Sequence record: MW349128.1 | Origin: Staphylococcus phage Machias | Direction: 5' to 3' (one strand) | DNA: 64,000 nucleotides | Part shown: positions 42,060 through 51,400 of the stretch, piece after piece | How the letters are laid out: each line of letters opens with the position of its first letter | Position numbering within the stretch: position 1 is the stretch's first letter | Program-made: the position numbers and the translations under genes | The notes under the pieces: generated by a model | Database searches by the model: none | What the model saw: the letters and a program-made list of their open reading frames with translations, nothing else | Told to the model about the DNA's origin: nothing

Positions 42060-42181
42060 TTTATAAATTTTAAAATATAAAAGATATTATCTTATAATTA
42101 TTTATACTAATATGAAGTTAATATAAACTCTTTATTATATATCATTATGGATAAATATTTATGAAAAGGAGAAAATAATCT

Positions 42182-42988
42182 ATGATTTTACCAAGTAAGA
42201 ATCAGCGTGTGTTTGATAATAACATCGCTAAAAATAAATGGTTCTACAATGGCCATATGAACTTACAAACTCTTGAGTTTGATCCGTTCGTAACTGGTTA
42301 CAGCTTTATCGTATGGACTAAAGTTCCTTCATGGGTTGAAAAACAATTCCCTGGATTTAAAGCTATGACTCAAAAGAACTTTAAATCATTCCAAGGTTTA
42401 GAAAATATTGAATTAACTACAAATGATTATATGCATACATTTAACGGTAATAACTATCGTACTGCTGCATCTATCACTAAAGGAAACACTGGTTTCCAAA
42501 TGACTCACCAAGAATTCTCTGGTAGTCCAATTAAAAATATGTATCAATATTGGGTATCTGGTATCCGTGATCCTCGTACTGGTATTGCAACTTATCCTAA
42601 AATTCATAATTTAGAATATGCTGCTAAGAACCATACAGGAGAATTACTATACATCCAAACTCGTCCTGATGCTAATAACACTAGTAAAAATAATATTGAA
42701 TTTGCTGCTTACTATACAGCTGTTATGCCTACTCGTATTAGCATTGATCACCATAACTATACTATGGAAACTCACGAAGAAGTTCAAATTGAACAAGATT
42801 TCGCAGGTAATATGGAAATCTCTGCTCGTGTAAATGACTTCGCTAAGTCTAAACTTAAAGAAGTATACAGCTTCGTTGAACAAGGTATGTTTGATCCTAA
42901 TGCACCTAAAGAAGCAGGAGCTCAGCTTTCTGACTTTGATTATAACAAAGGTGGAATTACAGGTTCAGGTAACGGAGATATTAAATAA
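42182..42988 (+). CDS. Tail tube protein (268 aa)
   Basis: SD AAAGGAG, high expression-type codon usage, position immediately after the sheath gene, size typical of a myovirus tube protein. Confidence 0.5.
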   Translation: MILPSKNQRVFDNNIAKNKWFYNGHMNLQTLEFDPFVTGYSFIVWTKVPSWVEKQFPGFKAMTQKNFKSFQGLENIELTTNDYMHTFNGNNYRTAASITKGNTGFQMTHQEFSGSPIKNMYQYWVSGIRDPRTGIATYPKIHNLEYAAKNHTGELLYIQTRPDANNTSKNNIEFAAYYTAVMPTRISIDHHNYTMETHEEVQIEQDFAGNMEISARVNDFAKSKLKEVYSFVEQGMFDPNAPKEAGAQLSDFDYNKGGITGSGNGDIK

Positions 42989-43004
42989 TTTTAGCAATAA
43001 AAAT

Positions 43005-43038
43005 CCCCTAACACATTTATTTGTGTTAGGGGTTATAT
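43005..43038. terminator. Bidirectional rho-independent terminator (CCCCTAACACA ... TGTGTTAGGGG followed by TTATATTTT) between the convergent tail tube gene and the minus-strand tail module
   Basis: 11-bp stem plus T-run. Confidence 0.6.
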
Positions 43039-43039
43039 T

Positions 43040-45202
43040 TTAATAATTTATTCTAGAGTATATGTGACATAATGTTATAATATCTAAATTCTCAGTTTCA
43101 TTCAATAATCTGTCTTTCCAATTTTCTCCGAGATCGTATATTGTTTCACCAATTTCACTTTCAGTAAAATTCTGTAGCGGAACTAATTTAGCGTCATACT
43201 TATTAAATTTGTTAATATATCCATCATAAGTATAATCTTGACTCAGATATTTAATGGATTCAAATACAAAAGGTTTAAATATCATATATCTATCAAATTG
43301 CATATCATCATGTATCATTAAAATTTTAGGTAAATAATGAGATTTTATTGGGAAAGAAATATCTAAATTCTGTATTGGATTTTTATATCTAATATCGAAT
43401 TCTAATTTTCTAGTGTTATAATCAAATTCATTAATAGCATAATATATAGGAGGTTTTTCTATATAAAACTCAATATTATCTTCAGTATCTATATATTCAC
43501 TAATACTTCTAAATGATCTTGATTTTTCACCATCAATATTATTTAATTCATCATCATTATTTGTTTCTACATAATCCTTAAATATGAAATAATGATCTTT
43601 AAGATTAGGGTATAATAATGCTTTTGGATTGACATCTGAATGTTTTTCAATGGTATTTGAATTTATTATCAATGAGTCAAATAAAAAATTATTTTCATCA
43701 GACACTGTTATTTTAATTTCATTTTCTTTTTTCAGATATACTTCTTTAATACGATCATCTATACCTATATCAGTATTTCTCTTATATAAAGATAATGTAC
43801 ATAAATCATTATGATCTCCATATACTTTAGCTAAGTAATTTTTACCATTTATACTAATTATTGCTTCTTCTTTTTTATTATTAACTTCATTCCTATTTTT
43901 TCTTCTAAACAGTAAATTGAATGTGTACATTCCGGATTCAGTTAATTTGATTTCATTTTTAAGTGTACCTGTTAAAATTGTAAATTTATTGTTCATTCTA
44001 TTAACTTCATCAATAGAAGTTAATTTACCATCTATCTTTACAGTTTCTAAAATATTTCCAGTACCCATATTTAATGAATCATTATCTACATAAAAATCAC
44101 TCATTGGAATTATAGTACGAGTGCCAATCTTAAAGTCGTTATAAGTTTTAACATAAAAAGGATTTTTGGATTCAGGAACTTCAGTCTCTTGAAGTATAAT
44201 AATATCTATATCATTATTTTTAGTAGAGAATCTTTCATCGTATTCAAATTTAAACGTATGTTTTCCTTTTTCCAAATACAATGGTACTTCTTCATAAAAT
44301 TCATTTTCTGAATCTCTATAAAATTCTAATATAGATCTATTCCATATAAATTCCCTATCTGTCGGAGATCTAAAATAGTACCCTACATTATCTACAAATA
44401 CTTTGTTCACTGTACCATTACTAAAATGGTTTCCATTTTTACATCTAATTTCATAATAAGAAGAATTAGGAATATAAATGTTCATTTCCAATATTCCATC
44501 CTCAATAGTTACATAACCTTCTCCAAGAAATCTATCATATCCTGATTTTCTTTTATAAGCTCCATCAAAGTTACTTTCCCTTGTTTTATATATATCACCT
44601 AGATATGCATCATAAAATATCCTACCGTCATCTAATAATCCTTCATGTATTAGTCCATCTATAATTTCAGATTCTTTTAATACTTTACGATTATAAGCAT
44701 AATCTTTAGGATACTTTCTATTATCTTGATATATTGGTGGGTAAGGTTCGATTTTCACTTCCTTTCTTTCTATACTATTAAAAGACAAATCTTCATATTC
44801 TATATTCCCTATGAAGTTTGTGTCATAAATTCTCTCTGTTTTACCTAAATAATTATAGAATATAGTAAATAAGTCATATTTTAATTCACCAATAATTTCA
44901 TAAGGTCTTTCTTCATATACTAAAATATCTGAAGAAATATCCTCTAATCTAAAGGTTGGATTCTCTAAACCATATTCACTTTTGATATAATCTTCTGATT
45001 TTGGAATATCAAGTGTATTATCTTCATTAAATGTAAATTTATTATATTCCTCAGAATTAGATTCCACTCTTAATATTAATTTATCACTTTTCTTTGTTTT
45101 AGTTTCGATTAAAGTTTTATTTTCATTATCTTTAATTTTAGTTATTACAATGTCTCCAGAATTGTGTTTATCAATTAATTCTTCTATTCTATATAATTTC
45201 AT
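43040..45202 (-). CDS. Hypothetical large structural protein (720 aa), last gene of the minus-strand tail module; baseplate candidate
   Basis: Complete ORF in the tail gene block. Confidence 0.4.
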   Translation of the reverse strand: MKLYRIEELIDKHNSGDIVITKIKDNENKTLIETKTKKSDKLILRVESNSEEYNKFTFNEDNTLDIPKSEDYIKSEYGLENPTFRLEDISSDILVYEERPYEIIGELKYDLFTIFYNYLGKTERIYDTNFIGNIEYEDLSFNSIERKEVKIEPYPPIYQDNRKYPKDYAYNRKVLKESEIIDGLIHEGLLDDGRIFYDAYLGDIYKTRESNFDGAYKRKSGYDRFLGEGYVTIEDGILEMNIYIPNSSYYEIRCKNGNHFSNGTVNKVFVDNVGYYFRSPTDREFIWNRSILEFYRDSENEFYEEVPLYLEKGKHTFKFEYDERFSTKNNDIDIIILQETEVPESKNPFYVKTYNDFKIGTRTIIPMSDFYVDNDSLNMGTGNILETVKIDGKLTSIDEVNRMNNKFTILTGTLKNEIKLTESGMYTFNLLFRRKNRNEVNNKKEEAIISINGKNYLAKVYGDHNDLCTLSLYKRNTDIGIDDRIKEVYLKKENEIKITVSDENNFLFDSLIINSNTIEKHSDVNPKALLYPNLKDHYFIFKDYVETNNDDELNNIDGEKSRSFRSISEYIDTEDNIEFYIEKPPIYYAINEFDYNTRKLEFDIRYKNPIQNLDISFPIKSHYLPKILMIHDDMQFDRYMIFKPFVFESIKYLSQDYTYDGYINKFNKYDAKLVPLQNFTESEIGETIYDLGENWKDRLLNETENLDIITLCHIYSRINY

Positions 45203-45236
45203 AATTTTAGTTCCTTTCAGTTATGTTAATTTTAAA

Positions 45237-45829
45237 TTAAGTAAACATATTCAATCCCGGATTATTTGGATGGGGATTATATTGGGATTTATATCCATAA
45301 ATTGCATCATCAATTTGTTGTTGAAAAACTCTTCCTTTAATTACTTGCATACTTCTAGAATATTGAGTTTTCATATTAATTTGAGCTTTATCAATAATGG
45401 ATAGTTGATCTCTTCTAATTCCTGCTAAGCAATCAATATAAGATAATAATCCTGTATTAAATTTCATTCTTTGGAATGATTTAGAAGCCATTAAGTTTGG
45501 ATACATATCTCTAATATTAATAGATACAGTAATTTCTCTTGGGAAACCATCTGCAGTCCATGTACCTTCTTCACCACGAACTATATTCATTGAAGTTATT
45601 ATACCTGTATTACATTCAAATCTACCAGGACAATTAGCTCTAATAATAAACGGTTGCTTATAAGAGAATATTGAATCTTGTAAAGGTAAAGCTAATACTA
45701 ATAATGAAAGAAATGGTAAATATACATTGTCAAATATAGATTGTGGATCTCCATAAGCACTATAGAATTTAAATTCTAGATTATAAGTACGGTCAAAAGT
45801 TGAATTCATCCAAACCTGGTTTGTTAAAT
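45237..45829 (-). CDS. Downstream exon (exon 2) of a tail/baseplate gene interrupted by the IStron-like element. The open frame extends upstream of the annotated ATG to about 45829.
   Basis: The frame stays open for 10 codons upstream of the ATG (NQDLTNQVW), up to a G at 45830 that can serve as the intron terminal G. Confidence 0.35.
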
Positions 45830-45839
45830 CTTGATTTTA

Positions 45840-46070
45840 TATATTAAATATAAAGGCAAGACCTTGTATAAAATACACTTGGCTCAGTGACTAACGTATA
45901 AGGGAACCCTTATACTCCTTGTAAAGCTAATCGGACATTAGCTTATCACCCGTTTATCGTCTCCCGCTACCCGCAGGCGACTCTCATATCTTTTATTTTG
46001 TGAGATTAAACATATTTTAAATCTAGAATATTTTTAGCTGCATTTAAATCTCTATCAAGAACTACATCAC
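45840..46070 (-). ncRNA. Candidate TnpB omegaRNA (reRNA) scaffold / IS right end overlapping the tnpB 3' end
   Basis: Locally GC-rich (unlike the surroundings) with several hairpins on the minus strand: GCTAATGTCCGATTAGC, TATAAGGGTTCCCTTATA, CGCCTGCGGGTAGCGGGAG. Sits immediately 3' of tnpB, where omegaRNAs are encoded. Confidence 0.4.
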
Positions 46071-47199
46071 AATTAGGACAATCATGAGTATCATCACCTA
46101 AAACTAATTTCTCTTTATTAGTTCTAACATAACCACATGATGAACATGTCTGTGTAGTCTTTTTCTTAGTAATAATATTTAATTCATTATCATAAAAATT
46201 AGATTTAAATTTTAATTTTTCTAAAAAATCATACTTACCAAATCTTCTATTAGAACGTCTAAGATTTCTGAATCTATCAGATATTTTATGTGGATATGGT
46301 TCTATATTGATTACTTTATAATTTTTAACTAACCAATTAGTAATTTTGTCCCTATGATCTTCCAACATATCATATTCTCTATTATAAGACTTTCTTAATT
46401 GTTTTAAAAGTTTGTAATATGATTTTGAATAATATTTTTTTCTATCTAATTTAGATTTAATTTTTTCAGTTTTTCTTTCTTGTTTCCATAGAATATTCGG
46501 TATTTTAAATTCAAATACTTGACCGTTTGAGTCTACAGCAGCTAAAGGAGTTTTTATCCCCATATCAATACCAATTGAATAATTATTTTCTCTCTGTTTC
46601 TTATAATTGATTATCTCATAAGTTATAGAGATGTAGAATTTTTCATTCTTTCTGCTTATGGTGTAATATTTAAAATTAATATCGTTAGAGTTAATAAATT
46701 TTAAAGATTCCTTAGTTTTAATAACAAAAGGTTTAATTCCTTTCATTGCAGAAACTCTTATCCATTTTTTAGATAAAAATTTTACAGGTAAACTTAGTTT
46801 ATCTTTAACTATAAATCTAAATGAATCGTTAGAATATTTTTTCTTTTTAAATTTAGGTTTAAATTTATCACTATCTATATAATTTTTAGATTTTCTAGCT
46901 TTACTCTGCATTTCATAGTATTTAGAAAAAGTCTGATTTAGATCTTTTAAAGCTTCTTGTCTAACCATACTATTAACTTCATAAAGATAAGGATAATTTC
47001 CAGAATTTTGAATTTCGTTGTTTAATTTCTTTTGAAAATCAAATCCACTAAATTTCTTATCATCATCAATATTCTGATAATCTTCTAAAGCCATATTCCA
47101 TACTTTTCTTCTTACACCAAAGCATTTATTGAAATAATTCTTTTGGTCTTGATTTGGGTATATTCTAGTTTTGAAAGATTTAACTATTCCTTTTTTCAT
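46006..47199 (-). CDS. tnpB: TnpB (IS200/IS605-family RNA-guided nuclease, OrfB), apparently intact
   Basis: RuvC-I SIGIDMGIKTPLAAV, RuvC-II E in KVINIEPY, zinc finger CSSCGYV...CPNCDVV, RuvC-III DRDLNAAKNIL; strong SD AGGAGGTG. Confidence 0.85.
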   Translation of the reverse strand: MKKGIVKSFKTRIYPNQDQKNYFNKCFGVRRKVWNMALEDYQNIDDDKKFSGFDFQKKLNNEIQNSGNYPYLYEVNSMVRQEALKDLNQTFSKYYEMQSKARKSKNYIDSDKFKPKFKKKKYSNDSFRFIVKDKLSLPVKFLSKKWIRVSAMKGIKPFVIKTKESLKFINSNDINFKYYTISRKNEKFYISITYEIINYKKQRENNYSIGIDMGIKTPLAAVDSNGQVFEFKIPNILWKQERKTEKIKSKLDRKKYYSKSYYKLLKQLRKSYNREYDMLEDHRDKITNWLVKNYKVINIEPYPHKISDRFRNLRRSNRRFGKYDFLEKLKFKSNFYDNELNIITKKKTTQTCSSCGYVRTNKEKLVLGDDTHDCPNCDVVLDRDLNAAKNILDLKYV

Positions 47200-47453
47200 T
47201 GTTTAATTTCACCTCCTAATCATATTATATAAATATGTTAGGAAATTCCTGATATGAATTTTTTATCAGTATTTTATACAATCTCTAAATTAGTAATTTA
47301 GAGCACAGACTATATCATACTCATTGATATGAGTGAATATATTTAGTCGTTGGACAAGTCTTATTGACTTGATGCTGATTGAGATAATAATCTATTCCAG
47401 CAATTAATATTCTTTGCTAATTAAAATTACTTTTAATAGGGACTATTTGTGTG

Positions 47454-48354
47454 AATAATCCGGATAATACATTGATGCACCATCTAAATGTTCCATAAAG
47501 TTACCTACAATACCACCAATAACTGGCATATTTGCTACCATATCATTAATACTATCTTTAATAGTTCTAGTAATTTTACCTAAAATAGAAGCTCCACCAA
47601 TACGAGCCATTTCTTTTTGTTCTCGTATTTCTTGGTTTTTATTATTAACTTGAGAAGCAATATCAGATTGATTATATTCATGCATTGCAGATTCTGATAT
47701 ACTAGTTGATTTATCTGCATAGTAAGCTAGTCCATAGTTTTTATCATCTTGTAGAGATCCACCTAGATCAAATGATCCTTTTAAACCCATTGATGCATGA
47801 ACTTGAGAAGCCATAGTTTGTACGTATTTATAATATTCAGCCATTTTAGGTTCAAAGCTTATCATACGACCATCTTTAGTATTACCGATACCTACTAAAG
47901 ATAAACCAGAGTTTACTAATCTATCCATTCCTTCACCAAAACTCCATAATTTACCTTCTCCTGGTTTACCAAATAATTTACCATTTAATTTAGGCATACC
48001 CGGCATTATAAATACTAAAGGTAAATCTAATTCAAATGTTCTTTTATATATTCTTCTATTAGGATCATCTAAACTAGAATAGTACATAGGCATTCCAAAT
48101 ACATCTAGTTCACCTTTAACATTTCTTAATTGTTTTTTATCTTTAGCATTTTTATCTGTTAAATATTCAGTTGCTTGTCTTTGATTACCCAAAGCATCCA
48201 TAAAAGCACCAGTATCTTTTTGAGTAGGATCATATTCATGATAGTCATAATCACCTTTTTTCTCATCAGCTTGAGGTATTAAAGCCATATCATCATCTGC
48301 CACTTTTAAAGGTTCTTGTTCCTTAGACTCTTTTTTATCTTTTTCTTCAGCCAA
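47454..48354 (-). CDS. Upstream exon (exon 1, 303 aa as an ORF) of the tail/baseplate gene interrupted by the IStron-like element
   Basis: The ORF stops (TAG 47443-47445) a few codons inside the group I intron 5' region, the same pattern as all other intron-split genes in this window. Confidence 0.45.
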
Positions 48355-48455
48355 TTTATTTCACTTCCTTTTAATAATAAAGAGGATATGACACATAATA
48401 AATGTCATATCCCCAATTTAATTTATTTACTATAAATTTATGTTGCATCAAAATA

Positions 48456-51400
48456 TTATTTTCCTGAGAAAACAGGTATAGCTGGTCTAACGTCAATAAC
48501 AAATCTATCTCCATAAGAATCTCTAATTGCTTCTTGTAAATCTTGATTACCTGTAGATGGATCTTGACTTGAACCATCAGGAGTATAAGGATTATTAGGA
48601 TCATTAGGATTATTAGGGTTGTTTGGATTATTAGGATTTGATTGATTATCATTTCCATTATTATTGCTATTATTTCCATTAGAACCATTAGATCCATTAG
48701 AACCATTATTTCCATTAGATCCATTTTGACCGTCTTTACCGTTATTAATAATATTAGGATTTTCTTTAATAATTTTTTCAAGCTCTTTTTGAATATCTTT
48801 AATAATTACATTACCTTTAGAATCTACTAAATCACCTTTATTATTAATAATAGTATTAGAAATATTTGTTGTATTTCCATCTTTATTAATATTTTTACCT
48901 TTAAAGGACATATCTTTAAGTTGTTCTAACATTTTGGCAGTATTTTTATCAATATTGCTTGTATGTTTAATTATATTATCTAAATCCATACGTTTTTGTG
49001 GATCTACTTTCATAGGTCCTTTATTTTCATAATTTACTTTAGAATTATTATAATTATTAGTAATATTATAGATATTTCTTACTGTATTATTATTACCTTG
49101 TATAGTTTGATTTGTAATGGAATTATTATTAGTTGTAGGTTTACCATTATTATAATTATTATTGATAACCGTAGAACTATTATTTCCTCCATTATTAATT
49201 ATACTAGAATTATTCTGGTTATTATTAACATTTCCTTGACTTCCTGAAGATGATTGATTGTTACCATCAGCTCCAGAACTATATGAAGGTGATGAACCAT
49301 CTTTACCGTCTTTTCCATCAGAACCATCTTTACCAGATGATCCTTCTGAATCGTCAGATGATGAACTTGATCCACTTGAAGATCCAGATTCTGTAGCTTC
49401 CTTACCTGCTTTAGCTTTAAGTTCAGCCTGTTGTTCTTCATCTATCTTTTTAGCTTCTTCATAGTCAATTCCATAAATTCTAGCATAACGTTTCATTAAT
49501 CTATCATTTAAAGCTTCTTGTTCTTCTTCATCCATACGGTTATCATCTCTACCAGTAATAGAACCGTACCAAGTACCATTTTTGAAACTATATTCAGAAG
49601 CTCCAGCAGAAGATCCATTAGAGTCTCCTCCTTCACTATCGCTTCCACCTATTTTATCACTACCATCTAGAGGTTTACCTGTATCATCAGGACCACCGCC
49701 GCCATATCTCATTGTAATACCAATTTGTAATCCCATTTTTTGGTATTTATTTGCAGGAGTTACAGCAACACCATGACCATAATATGATTCAACTTGTTTT
49801 CCTCCACCTATATACATAGTAACATGGTTATCGTTATCACATAAAGTAATATCACCAATTTTTTTCTTAGTGCCTTTACTTATTTTTCTAAATTTAGTAC
49901 CACCATCTCTAAAAGTAAAAGTGGTAGCATTAATATCCATTTCTAAACCAGCTTTTTTGAATGAACGAGCAATTAAACTAGAACAGTCAAATGAATTTTT
50001 ACCTTGTCTATTTGACTGAGAGTATGTTGCACCATCTTGAGCTATTGCCCATTGTACTGCTTGTTTAATTTTATCTCTTTCAGATCCACCGGATCCTCCA
50101 CCTTTACCATAAACTCCACCAGTAATAGTAGGTTTTTCTAAAACTAAACCAGTTTTTCCAACTTTTTTATTTTTATTAGATGTAGATGATACCATATTTG
50201 CAAATTGATTAACGTTCGTATCACTATAAACAGTACTAGAACCTCCACCTTTAGCTTTAGTGGATTTCTTAGATGAACCCCCTAGTTTATCTAACCATTT
50301 TTTAGCGTTTGATTGTCTTTCAGGAATAACTTTAACTCCTGCACGTTCATACAAATTCTCCCATACAACTGTTGCTTCATCAACATTCTTAGCTTTCTTA
50401 ATAGCAGACCAAGCAGCAGATTCAGATCCTTGAAGTTCATACCACATGAAGTCTAACTGAGCATCAAGATCAGACCATTTCTTACCTTTCTTTTCAGCAA
50501 ATGCTTTAAGATTATCTTTACGATCATCCCATTGAGCTAGTCCTTTACCTCCGACCCAACCAGAGTTTTGTTCGGCACCGGGATCCATTTTGGATTCACG
50601 TTCAAAGTTACCTAATATACCTGCTATCTGATGATCTTCTAACCCTTTTTCAGCAAAGAAATTCCATACTTTAGATGCAACATCTTTACCATCAACACTT
50701 TCTGCTCCTCCATCAGATGATCCTTCTGAAGAAGAACTTCCTGATGAACCGGCCATGAATCCTGCCATAATATCATTCATCATTCCGCCAAGTTTATCAA
50801 ACCAATCACCAATTTTGTTTACTACTTCACCATCAGGATCAGTTATATCTTTTTTAGATTTTTTCTTTTTCTTCTTACTTAATAAAGAATAGAAAGGAGA
50901 TAATCTTAACATAGTTTCAGCCAATTTTTTAGGAGCTTTTTTAAGTTTACTCATTAAATTATTAGGCATCATTTTATGCATTTTTTCACTAATTTTACCC
51001 ATGATAGATAAAGGAGAATTTTTCATTACTCCATTAACATCTTTCTCGATATTATCTTTAGTTTTATTAGTTGACTCTTCTACTTGTTTTTTAGCATCTT
51101 TACTAGCTTTATCAGACATTCCTTGCATTTCAGCCATTTCTTTCTTAGCTCTTTCAGATGCATGATCTTCAATACCTTCTTGATAAGAACCTAATTCTTC
51201 TTTACTAGCTTCCACCATTTCACGACTTTGATTAGACATATCTTCTTCATGAGAAGAGAATTTGTCATCAAGGAATCCTGATAAGTTTTTAGCTAAGCCT
51301 ATTCCACCTTGAATAAGATTAGAAGTAGCTCCGACCATATTACTAATTCCTTTTCCAGCCATAGCTAAAGGTGCCATTAATAACATTGAAGCTCCACCTA

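Larger units (their letters stand above)
45830..47453 (-). mobile_element. IStron-like chimeric element: group I intron core (5') fused to an IS605-family tnpB and a structured right-end/omegaRNA region (3'), inserted in a tail-module gene; no tnpA
   Basis: On the minus strand: exon stop TAG at 47443-47445; P TTAATTGCTGGAATAG (47408-47393); Q AATCAGCATC; R GTCCAACGACTAAATAT; P8 hairpin; S GATATAGTC (47316-47308); P9 hairpin CTCTAAATTACTAATTTAGAG; then SD AGGAGGTG and tnpB; then a GC-rich hairpin-rich segment; then the in-frame continuation of the host ORF. Confidence 0.5.

Noticed and set aside
46006-47199. TnpB-like RuvC nuclease considered as a possible Cas12-type CRISPR effector
   Set aside because: No CRISPR array or cas1/cas2 anywhere in the window. 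The size (397 aa), the D-E-D plus CxxC...CxxC layout and the structured 3' region fit transposon TnpB rather than Cas12.
19290-47440. Dispersed repeat family (GACTATATC ... ATATTTAGTCGTTGAACA ... GATGCTGATT ... CAGCAATTAA and its reverse complement), first considered as MITE/REP-like elements or a degenerate CRISPR-like array
   Set aside because: The pieces always occur in the fixed order P-Q-R-S with variable spacers that form hairpins. They sit inside interrupted conserved genes and show compensatory P/Q changes. They are group I intron cores, not CRISPR repeats or MITEs. No regular repeat-spacer periodicity exists.
48371-49776. Overlapping ORFs 48371..48781, 48642..48830, 48996..49247, 49199..49441, 49258..49464 and 49582..49776 inside the 3' end of the first tape-measure-like gene
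   Set aside because: Alternate-frame translations of a Ser/Asn/Asp-rich low-complexity coding region, with extreme Ile/Leu or Pro/Ser composition and no start signals; treated as artefacts.
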